Shown here: in pieces, positions 37,919 through 49,065 of the stretch
Layout: the number at the start of each line of letters is the position of its first letter
How positions within the stretch are numbered: position 1 is the stretch's first letter
NCBI GenBank assembly: GCA_051362555.1
Contig: CM120645.1
Location: forward strand, 18,972,001 to 19,036,000
DNA length: 64,000 nucleotides
Direction of reading: 5' to 3'
From: Lingula anatina
Taxonomy: Eukaryota; Animalia; Brachiopoda
Notes under the pieces: model-generated
Databases searched by the model: none
What the model was told of the DNA's origin: nothing
Seen by the model: the letters and a program-made list of their open reading frames with translations, nothing else
Made by a program: the position numbers and the translations under genes

Positions 37919-40900
37919 TTACTGTAGTGCAGCCATTATTTCTTCGGTTACTAAGCTGACTTTGGCGTGCATGGCGGAGGAAATCTCCTCCAACGTCTTC
38001 TTTAAACGTTCTCCAAGTCCGGGGACAATGTCATTAATTTCATTGACGAATCGTTTAGTGTTTTCCACGTCTTTGATCAGATTCAGAGCTGTTTCCATAT
38101 CGAAAATATCTCTCCCTTTACGATCTGTAGATAAATAATCAACGACACTGCATTAAAAATATCAAGTAACCAACAATATAAAGTATATCACAGTCTTATA
38201 AATGACCAATGGCATTCGCTTCACTTATCTACTTTTATAAACAAAAAAACGTTGTTTCGTAAAGGTATAAAAGAGAAAGACCAACCACCGAGAAAATCCA
38301 TTTACCTCCAACATTTCCCCCAGATAGAACTTCATCTGTGATGGAGTTGACAATGTTATGAAGAGCAGTAGTGATATCGTCAATACTTCCGTTGAGATGT
38401 TTCTGGATATCTGGGACAAGTTGTTTAAGTTCACTGAGAAAACGCTGGGTCATACCTACAGCGTTGATCACCTTCAGAGCGGTTCCTAGTTGAGTTCCAG
38501 ATGTCAAGGACTCCAAGGTGTCAAACAGACCACGACCTTTGCGATCTGAAAGATGAAAGTATATCTAAACAATTAACTTAGTGCAAGTACCTCTTTGAAA
38601 AGAATATTGAAACTTTTCGTTAAAGGACAGTATAAAGAAAATGCATACAGTTGACTCTTAAGAGTATGAAACAAACTTCAAAATGAAGAAACAGCAACAT
38701 TCTACAATGTTTGAAAGGACCTACAAATGATCAGTTATACTGTTTGTAAATAACATAACCAAAACTTTAAGTGAAACTTTCACCTCCAACATTTCCCACA
38801 GACAGAACTTCATCTGTGATGGAGTTGACAATGTTATGAAGAGCAGTGGTGATATCGTCAATACTTCCGTTGAGATGTTTCTGGATATCTGGGACAAGTT
38901 GTTTAAGTTCACTGAGAAAACGCTGGGTCATACCTACAGCGTTGATCACCTTCAGAGCGGTTCCTAGTTGAGTTCCAGATGTCAAGGACTCCAAGGTGTC
39001 AAACAGACCACGACCTTTGCGATCTGAAAGATGAAAGTATATCTAAACAATTAACTTAGTGCAAGTACCTCTTTGAAAAGAATATTGAAACTTTTCGTTA
39101 AAGGACAGTATAAAGAAAATGCATACAGTTGACTCTTAAGAGTATGACACAAACTTCAAAATGAAGAAACAGCAACATTCTACAATGTTTGAAAGGACCT
39201 ACAAATGATCAGTTATACTGTTTGTAAATAACATAACCAAAACTTTAAGTGAAACTTTCACCTCCAACATTTCCCCCAGACAGAACTTCATCTGTGATGG
39301 AGTTGACAATGTTATGAAGAGCAGTGGTGATATCGTCAATACTTCCGTTGAGATGTTTCTGGATATCTGGGACAAGTTGTTTAAGTTCACTGAGGAAACG
39401 CTGGGTCATGCCTACAGCGTTGATCACCTTCAGAGCGGTTCCTAGTTGAGTTCCAGATGTCAAGGACTCCAAGGAGTCAAACAGACCGCGACCTTTGCGA
39501 TCTGAAAGATAAAAGTATACCTAAACAATTAACTTGGTGCAGGTGCATCTTGAAATATAATATTGAGACATTATCATCTTAGGACAGTATAAAGAAAATG
39601 CACAGAGAATGCCGTTGTCTAAAAATGTGACCAACACTTCTAAATGAAGTAACTTCAATATTCTACCATTTTTGGTGGAAGCTTAAATTGCTCAGTTCTA
39701 ATATTTTTAAGATCAACTACACTTATAGTGAGACTTTCACCTCGAATATTTCCCCAAGATAGAACTTCATCTGTGATGGAGTTGACAATTCAAGACTTTC
39801 GCTTCGTTGAGATATCTGTTTTTTTTTTCAAACGTTGTTTGGTAATGGCATAAAAGAGAAATACCGACCACCGGGAAATTCCATTTACCTCCAACATTTC
39901 CCCCAGATAGAACTTCATCTGTGATGGAGTTGACAATGTTATGAAGAGCAGTGGTGATATCGTCAATACTTCCGTTGAGATGTTTCTGGATATCTGGGAC
40001 AAGTTGTTTAAGTTCACTGAGGAAACGCTGGGTCATGCCTACAGCGTTGATCACCTTCAGAGCGGTTCCTAGTTGAGTTCCAGATGTCAAGGACTCCAAG
40101 GTGTCAAACAGACCGCGACCTTTGCGATCTGAAAGATAAAGGTATACCTAAACAATTAACTTGGTGCAGGTGCATCTTGAAATATAATATTGAGACATTA
40201 TCATCTTAGGACAGTATAAAGAAAATGCACAGAGAATGCCGTTGTCTAAAAATGTGACCAACACTTCTAAATGAAGTAACTTCAATATTCTACCATTTTT
40301 GATGGAAGCTTAATTTGCTCAGTTCTAATATTTTTAAGATCAACTACACTTATAGTGAGACTTTCACCTCGAATATTTCCCCAAGATAGAACTTCATCTG
40401 TGATGGAGTTGACAATTCAAGACTTTCGCTTCATTGAGATATCTGTTTTTTTTTCAAACGTTGTTTGGTAATGGCATAAAAGAGAAATACCGACCACCGG
40501 GAGATTCCATTTACCTCCAACATTTCCCCCAGATAGAACTTCATCTGTGATGGAGTTGACAATGTTATGAAGAGCAGTAGTGATATCGTCAATACTTCCG
40601 TTGAGATGTTTCTGGATATCTGGGACAAGTTGTTTAAGTTCACTGAGGAAACGCTGGGTCATGCCTACAGCGTTGATCACCTTCAGAGCGGTTCCTAGTT
40701 GAGTTCCAGATGTCAAGGACTCCAAGGAGTCAAACAGACCGCGACCTTTGCGATCTGAAAGATAAAGGTATACCTAAACACTTAATTTGGTGCAGGTGCA
40801 TCTTGAAATATAATGTTGAGACATAATCTCAACAAAACTGAAAGTGAAACTTGCACCTCGAATATTTCCCCAGAAAAAAACTTATCTGTGGTGGAGATGA

Positions 40901-43098
40901 CAATTCAAGACGTTCGGTTCATTTATAAATCTATAGTTTTCAAAAACGTTGTTTTGTATTGGCATTACAGAGAAAGACCGACCACCGAGAAAATCCATTT
41001 ACCTCCAACATTTCCCCCAGATAGAACTTCATCTGTGATGGAGTTGACAATGTTATGAAGAGCAGTAGTGATATCGTCAATACTTCCGTTGAGATGTTTC
41101 TGGATATCTGGGACAAGTTGTTTAAGTTCACTGAGAAAACGCTGGGTCATACCTACAGCGTTGATCACCTTCAGAGCGGTTCCTAGTTGAGTTCCAGATG
41201 TCAAGGACTCCAAGGTGTCAAACAGACCACGACCTTTGCGATCTGAAAGATGAAAGTATACATAAACAATTAACTTGGTGCAAGTACCTCTTTGAAAAGA
41301 ATATTGAAACTTTTCGTCAAAGGACAGTATAAAGAAAATGCATACAGTTGACTCTTAAGAGTATGAAACAAACTTCAAAATGAAGAAACAGCAACATTCT
41401 ACAATGTTTGAAAGGACCTACAAATGATCAGTTATACTGTTTGTAAATAACATAACCAAAACTTTAAGTGAAACTTTCACCTCCAACATTTCCCCCAGAT
41501 AGAACTTCGTCTGTGATGGAGTTGACAATGTTATGAAGAGCAGTAGTGATATCGTCAATACTTCCGTTGAGATGTTTCTGGATATCTGGGACAAGTTGTT
41601 TAAGTTCACTGAGGAAACGCTGGGTCATGCCTACAGCGTTGATCACCTTCAGAGCGGTTCCTAGTTGAGTTCCAGATGTCAACGACTCCAAGGTGTCAAA
41701 CAGACCGCGACCTTTGCGATCTGAAATATGAAAGTATACCTAAACAATTAACTTGGTGTGGACAGGTGTATCTTGGAAAAGAATATTGGATTTTTTCGTC
41801 TAAGGGCAATATACAGAAAATGCATACAGTTGACTCTTAAGAGTCAAACTTCAAAATGAAGAAACAGCAACATTTTACAATGTTTGAAAAGACATACAAA
41901 TGATCAGTTATACTGTTTGTAAATAATATAACCAAAACTGAAACTTTCACCTCCAACATTTCCCCCAGACAGAACTTCATCTGTGATGGAGTTGACAATG
42001 TTATGAAGAGCAGTGGTGATATCGTCAATACTTCCGTTGAGATGTTTCTGGATATCTGGGACAAGTTGTTTAAGTTCACTGAGGAAACGCTGGGTCATGC
42101 CTACAGCGTTGATCACCTTCAGAGCGGTTCCTAGTTGAGTTCCAGATGTCAACGACTCCAAGGTGTCAAACAGACCGCGACCTTTGCGAACTGGAAAGTA
42201 GACGTTTAAAGACCTTGAAGTTTTAGTAACATGTGTATAGAATCTATATATTTATATATTACATCTATTAGCTTTCGATATTTCAAATAGACAACTGTCC
42301 GCAAATATATCTCTTTTCTTTTTATTTTTCAATAATTATGAATGTGTCCAGTATGTGATAAGGACATACATGTAAATACAGTCAGAAAGGAGAATTCAAA
42401 AGCAAGGAGGAGATGGGTGTTAGTGAGGATTTAGGACTACCTCATCTTTGGCAATGAATCTAATTGTTCTATTGTCCCGCCGCCCGATAATGCCACTGAG
42501 GCAAAAGTTTGACTTAATCGCATACGTAAACACTACTTCAAGATATGTCACCGGGAAACACGATGTAACGTACGAACACTATGACAAAATATAAAACTAC
42601 TGGTTTTTGTTCCAATTCTATGTCATCAATAAGTTCCTTATGTTATTTCCATCAATTAAAAAACTACCTTCTTCTTTACAATCCGACTTGACGTCATTTG
42701 CGATTGCATTGATGACGTTATGTAAAGAGGTAGCAACGTCCTCTATGCCACCACGGATGTGATTCTGAAGGCCGGGTACGATAGATTTCAGTTCGTTGAC
42801 AACTCGGCCGGTGGCACGGAACGCTTTGACCAAATCCAGCGCAGGCCCAGGTTTGGTGCCACATTTTAGGAACTCAAGAGAGTCGAACAAACCGAGTGCC
42901 TTTACATCTGAAATAAACGACGTTTTTGAGGTAAAATTATCACATATTTTTGATATTCTTGGTACAGAGTTTTTATATTATATATAAACGTAAACAGCAG
43001 TGTTTACTAAACCCCGACCCGTATCAGTGTGACACAATGATATATAATACTGATTATAGACTGAAACTGGTAGGGATTATTAACCTCTGCTGTTTTTG

Positions 43099-43173
<75 letters not shown>

Positions 43174-43659
43174 GGATGCCGGTAATTACTGATTCAAGAG
43201 ATTTCAAATTTGAAATAAAGCATAGCCAATATGCAGTTTGAGTTTTAGAGCGAATGGTATTTCCTTTGATACCATTAACGGTGACAGAGATTAAAAAAGC
43301 CTCATGGAAGCGATATTTGGTCTACATAACTTGAGGACTGGCTGTAATCTGCCGTCACGAAAGGCCATGACATTCAAATGAACAATCCTTTCCTTTGTAA
43401 TAGCCGTATTGCAGAAACATTATTCATTTCGTGCTGTGAAATTGTTGGCTTGGCAACGATGACTGAATAACAGTAGCTTTTGCATGTGTTAACAAAGTAT
43501 TTAATCAGCAAGTCCTCAAGTTATGTAGACCAAATATCGCCTTGCTCATTTTAAACTTGGTTTCTATCTTTCACAATTAAGTTTTCTTTTAATTTTAAGA
43601 CCGCAAATTAATCCATCCTGATTAAATACTTATTATCCCTTTAACCTCTGCTATTTTTG

Positions 43660-43737
<78 letters not shown>

Positions 43738-43979
43738 CATGCGTGAGTGTGGAACAGAGTGCTCAACATAATTAATAATTAATATTAATGATAATAATTA
43801 ACAGTTTAATAATGATAACACCAGATACTCTAAATAAAAGAACTGAAATAATTACCATGTGCCGGCATAAAGTGACGTAACTAACACGGCGTGCGACGTA
43901 AGTGTCGTCACGCCGTGTATGTAAAACGGGGTTATTGCATGTCTTTTGTTTATTTATTTATTTATTTATTTATTTTAAT

Positions 43980-44040
<61 letters not shown>

Positions 44041-45014
44041 GATGCCGGTAATTACTGGTTCAAGCGATTTCACATTTGAAATAAAGCATAGCCAATATGC
44101 AGTTTGAGTTTTAGAGCGCATGGTATTTCCTTTGATACCATTAACGGTGACAGCGATTAAAAAAGCCTCATGGAAGCGATATTTGGTCTACATAACTTGA
44201 GGACTGGCTGTAATCTGCCGTCACGAAAGGCCATGACATTCAAATGAACAATCCTTTCCTTTGCAATAGCCGTATTGCAGAAACATTATTCATTTCGTGC
44301 TGTGAAATTGTTGGCTTGGCAACGATGACTAAATAACAGTAGCCTTTGCATGTGTTAACAAAGTATTTAATCAGGATGGATTAATTTGCAGTCTTAAAAT
44401 TAAAAGAAAACTTAATTGTGAAAGATAGAAACCAAGTTTTAAATGAGCAAGGAGATATCTCACTGCGAGAGATTTAAAAACGTTCTACCCAAAACAAGTA
44501 CATGTATATGTTTAATGTTTCGTCTTATTATCGATTAAACGTGGGCATTGGTGCAAGGGTAAAGTTTCTAAATATCATAAAATTTATCTTAAATTTAGTT
44601 TTTTATTTTGTTCTGCGTCTTCCTTTTTCACCCCACGCCATACATATGACAGATAAGAGCCTATACCGTCAGCTGGAAAATATTCCACTAAATACGCAGC
44701 TTGAAATATATAGTAGGTTGTTTGCTTTAGATTTATGGTTAACATGTATCTTTTAGGGGCTCCATAATATGGCGCTTATTTTTCGCAGGTATTCATTTCA
44801 GGTGCTGTTTTGCTTGAAGCATTTTGTTCGAGAAAAAGGTTATCTGCAGGCGAAAAAAATTTCGAGGCATTTAGTAAAATTTCTAAAAATTATGCTTCTT
44901 TTTCGTCCACCCTAATTTAGTTTTAATACATCCTCATCAAATATGGTTTTCCTCACCTTGGCCTTTAACCAGCTGGGCACATATCAGCAAGGCTATCGTG
45001 AGCAATTGTTTCAT
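37919..45014 (-). CDS. Secreted tandem-repeat polyprotein, 807 aa, 11 coding exons, unknown family
   Basis: Exons in transcript order: 45014-44957 (MKQLLTIALLICAQLVKGQ, signal-like), 42907-42668, 42190-41951, 41720-41481, 41242-41003, 40754-40515, 40128-39889, 39501-39262, 39023-38784, 38545-38306 (each 240 nt, AG/GT, phase 1-1), and 38124-37919 (ends TAA). Spliced length is 2424 nt with no internal stop. Confidence 0.88.
38306..42190 (-). repeat. Tandem array of eight near-identical exon+intron units (periods 470-627 bp)
   Basis: Each exon encodes DRKGRGLFD(T/S)LESLTSGTQLGTALKVINAVGMTQRFLSELKQLVPDIQKHLNGSIDDITTALHNIVNSITDEVLSGGNVG. Introns measure 238, 238, 387, 386, 248, 238 and 230 nt. 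Confidence 0.97.
43079..44452. repeat. Intronic duplication/inversion complex with three (TA)n tracts
   Basis: 43170-43508 is nearly identical to 44037-44373; 43541-43631 is the reverse complement of 44361-44451; (TA)n at ~43100-43168, 43660-43735 and 43985-44036. Confidence 0.9.
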
Positions 45015-45543
45015 TATTCTACCTCTCCTGTCCTTTGGTAACCTACAATAAACAAGTATTTACTTTGATTTTAGATTTGATTGAATAGACATGTACATTT
45101 AGAATTGCATTTTAGGTCTTTCTGGTAAATCGTTATCTTTTTCACATCCTAAATGCAACTGGTGAGAAGAAGAACGATGTTTGGATTGAATAAGTTTATG
45201 AACTTTTTTTCCGGTTGTAACTCATTGGGTTTTTTACACATTAAAAGACAGCAAATCATACGTTTTGGTTCACTCAGTACACTAAAAACAAGTCGCTAAT
45301 AATCTGCGTGGTCACGACAGTAAAGACTTTCAAGTAAAGACAATTAAAATTGTCTAGATGAAACACCAAGTACACTTTCCAGAATTCTCTGCCTAATTAT
45401 TAAACATAATTTTTTTCAAAAGAAACGCTTAGACTGTCCATGCCTCACTGGCAAAACTGTTTATTCTTTGTTATCCCAGTAAAGATTTTACATAGAACCG
45501 TAAAGTATTCAGATCACTTTTCCCATGAGTATACCATTTTAGT

Positions 45544-45600
45544 ACTTACCTTAAGTATCGTCCACCTCTGTCAACAGTAACCCGGTGTCAAGGAGCAAAC
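45544..45600 (-). other. Candidate 5'-UTR exon end of the polyprotein gene
   Basis: Consensus donor AAG|GTAAGT at 45550/45549. The signal-peptide exon has an acceptor (ttgtag) at 45043, so an upstream non-coding exon is expected. Upstream boundary is unknown. Confidence 0.4.
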
Positions 45601-47006
45601 TACTTATGGGCTCCCATCATCACGTTAATCCAGTCCCACCTGGGTTATCGTGGTTTTCGTGGGATTATGTCGCTTCGTGTTGGGTAACATCTCACCTCGT
45701 GTCAAATGTTGCGTTCACATACATCGAGAGCGAGTTCTGTCTACATGAACCAACCTCGCGTGGTGGGTGGGGGATGTCACGAACAGGTTTACAAATAGAA
45801 ATATCAGATTGAAACTAGATAAATTTATTAAAAAAACAAAAAAAACGTCACACATAAATACGATGTGTGTGTTCGATTAGCTGAATAGTTATCATTTCTT
45901 GACAATATTTGTTGTCCCCTGGACATTAATAAAGAAGTGCTATGCTTAATTTGGTTCTCACTTATTAGGATTCTGCGTCATAAGCGTTTTTCCTACTTTT
46001 GACAAGTACCTTAAACTCATACAGCTTCCAGTGCGTATCTGTGCATATGCATGTTTTTGTTTGTTTGTAAAAGTCTGTAAAATATGAGAGACTTTCTTCA
46101 TCACTTCGCACAGCATGTGAACAAATGACTTTTTGGCCATTATATAAAATATAATATATTCCTGCCCATATACTTAGTAAGCATCATACATAAAAACTGT
46201 ATATATTTTACTTACTTTTGCGATTGACATCTACAGAAATTCAGAAATTGACTTCATCAGTGTGTCCGAGTTACGTTTTTATACATGTGATTATGAAAAT
46301 TCCAAAAGTAATTTAATTCAAAGGATATTAAAAGCTTATCCAGAACCTTATCCAAATTATATAATACAATAAATGAACCAGAAGAATACATGTTAATTAT
46401 ACAAAACATAACTAAATGTGAGATTAAGAACTTGGCTAGATTCGGAATGGGAGCAGATGACCTTCCAATGCTGAAGGAAAGAGGCTAACAGCAATCTCTG
46501 AATAGGAAAGAACAGGTAAACTTTTTAAATTGACAATAGAAGGAGAGCCTCATTTCCTGAATATAAAACGGAAATGCTCCTCTTACACCAAACATAGCAA
46601 AGAGCTCTAAGTAAAAAAAAAAAAAAAAAGAAAAGAAAAAAAGGAGAGCAAACCCAAGTTCTTGTTGCAGACAAAATAAAAAACATGACACAGTGTTCAG
46701 ATTACTTGGCGAACTTCATAACAAAGTGCAGTAAAATGAGATTTGATATACCGAACCATCCACACAGGCGACAAGCAAGAGACGGGCGAATATGATTATA
46801 TCAATATTGACTGTGTATGTTTGTTTGTGTGTTTGTCTCTGTGTGTATTTTATATATTTAACAATGCATGGTTTGTTTAATATACCTCTCACTGTACAAC
46901 TATAACATACATGTACTGTAACTGTTACACAAGCCTTTGCAACAAACATGCTTGACTTAGGCCTATAGTTATATGAATGATCATGATAATTATATGAATT
47001 TCATAA

Positions 47007-47012
<6 letters not shown>

Positions 47013-47046
<34 letters not shown>
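47013..47046. repeat. (TG)n microsatellite
   Basis: Direct reading. Confidence 0.95.
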
Positions 47047-47047
<1 letters not shown>

Positions 47048-48106
47048 ATGTGTTCGCTGGATTCTACAGAAACAAATAGCCTTTGCAACACGATGGAAAT
47101 CACGTAGCACGATTGCACATTTACAAATATCCTGCTCTACAAACTAATAAAACCTGACAAGGACAGATAACTGCTTCATTTAGATCATAATAATGAGAGT
47201 TCCTTTCTAAAAATAATGGTTTTGAAAAGATAAATCATAACAGAGACAATATCCTATGTATTTCCTGGGTGTGTTAATTCACTCAGACAACACACTATCG
47301 CTGATTTAACCCGATTTATTGATCAGCAAAACTAAATACGCAGTCAATGCGACACGCCTATGCACGCATTAACAGCAATGTTACCTAATTACTGGGGGAT
47401 TTCCTATCCATATCTACGAGGAAAATTAAAATCTGTAAACCAATTTTCAGCTCTTAATTTGTAATTATTTTTACCAAGTTCCTATTGAAATCCACTATAG
47501 TGCCCATGTTAAATACGAGGGTGACACAAAAATTGAACTTTAAGTTTATAAAAGATGGTTGATGGGTTGGAATCTAAAAATGCCTCCATAAAGAGTGTTC
47601 TGAATAAGCGAAATGAGAGGTGAACATGTAACGTAAAGTACCAACTGCACTACATAAATCCCAGTTCGTGCATCAATACTTCGCACCCTAAGATTATATC
47701 AGATAGAGTTCTTGAATCTTCGAAACAAAATTCAGCGGCAAAAACAGTAAAAATGAGAATTCTAGTTTGAGATCTTTTAAAACAACGTGTCCTTTGCAAT
47801 ATACTGTCCATGATTTCCCCCGCCCAATCGAATTTTCCTTTAAAAGAGTCCAATTATTACTTGCTCGTTGCTCGGTCCGTTTCTGGGCTTGGATTTGATA
47901 TTTCAAATCATTTTAAAAGTAGTTTACTTCTAAATGTGACCCAAAACATTTAGACCACCACGTTTTCCTGTACATTGCAGATTGAAATATCGACATCAGG
48001 TAGCCTTATTTTTATTTGAAGGGTTTCATCATTTTAAGATCTGTACTGGAAAAGCTTGGAGCAATAATGATTTTCAAAAGGTCATTAAAGAACAAGACAA
48101 CACTTA

Positions 48107-48332
48107 AGGTGCTTTCCCAGAGATTTAGATCGATCTAAAGATTAAGATTTAGATCGACCTAACTCCCTGGGGGTTCACGCTAAATTGCAGTCAGCCGAGC
48201 GGGCACCATAGTTAATTACCCCCTTATAGCTATTAGTAGGCGGGACAGACGCTTAAGCCGGCCAAGCTGACAGTAATCTAGTGAGACTCCCCACAGGGAT
48301 AGATCGAACTAAAAATCTATGGAAATGGGGTG
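48107..48332. mobile_element. Palindromic MITE-like element (family P)
   Basis: Internal sequence is the diverged reverse complement of 58964-59176; ends ctatggaaatggggtg; TWA-like flanks suggest PIF/Harbinger. Confidence 0.7.
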
Positions 48333-48394
48333 TTAGTCTGAACATTTATAAACTGAATTGGAGTACATGTTACAGTTGAAAAAAATAACTGGGT

Positions 48395-49065
48395 CAGTAG
48401 AGGCGGAATGAGCAAGAATGCCATCGGAAAGACAATTCTTTGTGCGTTACTGGATATTCGAAGAACATTCTAAACATTCCGAGTGCATTCCGAATATTTT
48501 TACCTATTCTTGTGGCTGGCCCGAATGTTTTGCACATGTTAAAAACTTTCGAAGTACATTTCAAGTGGAAAATCATCGAATGGCATTTGAATAGTATTAT
48601 AACTGCACTATGACAGCATTCTAGATATTCTCACGGCATTCCGACAGAATTTGAAACATTCTGATCACATTCGAGGGAGAACCGAAATGGCAAGACACTT
48701 CAAATCCTGCTAGAATGAGCCAGAATGCAACTCGAATGCATCTCGATCCTATTTCAGCCAGCAATCGAACTACACTCGTACGGCATTCTAAGTGTATTCT
48801 AAATACTCTGAGTGCATTCTGACAGTATTATTGATATTCTTAATTTTCCAACTACATTTGAGCTGCATTTGAGAGCTAATACAGCCGAAATGTGCACGAA
48901 TCATTCCAGGCGGATTCAAGCGCATCCTGAGTATTCCAACGGCATTCTTACAAGAATTTAGGTCAATTTGAAATTTCTTCTCGAATGTAGTACGAATTTT
49001 TAAATTTAGTCATTCCGGCTGGTTCTGTTTGATTCCTGCTGATTCCGAATAAGTGTGACGGGGGC
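48395..49065. mobile_element. Probable non-autonomous DNA transposon rich in GAATG/CATTC motifs
   Basis: Dense gaatg/cattc(g/t/c) motifs in both orientations; right end gtgtgacgggggc|ttaa looks like a TIR; no matching left TIR found. Confidence 0.5.

Noticed and set aside
38225-42079. MNLNNLSQISRNIST... ORFs and the + strand ORF at 40813-41058
   Set aside because: Alternative-frame or antisense shadows of the real exons; nucleotide variants are silent in the RKGR frame.
38306-42190. CRISPR array or satellite interpretation of the tandem repeats
   Set aside because: The repeats are 240-nt spliceable exons with open frames, the 'spacers' are homologous introns, and the context is eukaryotic with no cas genes.
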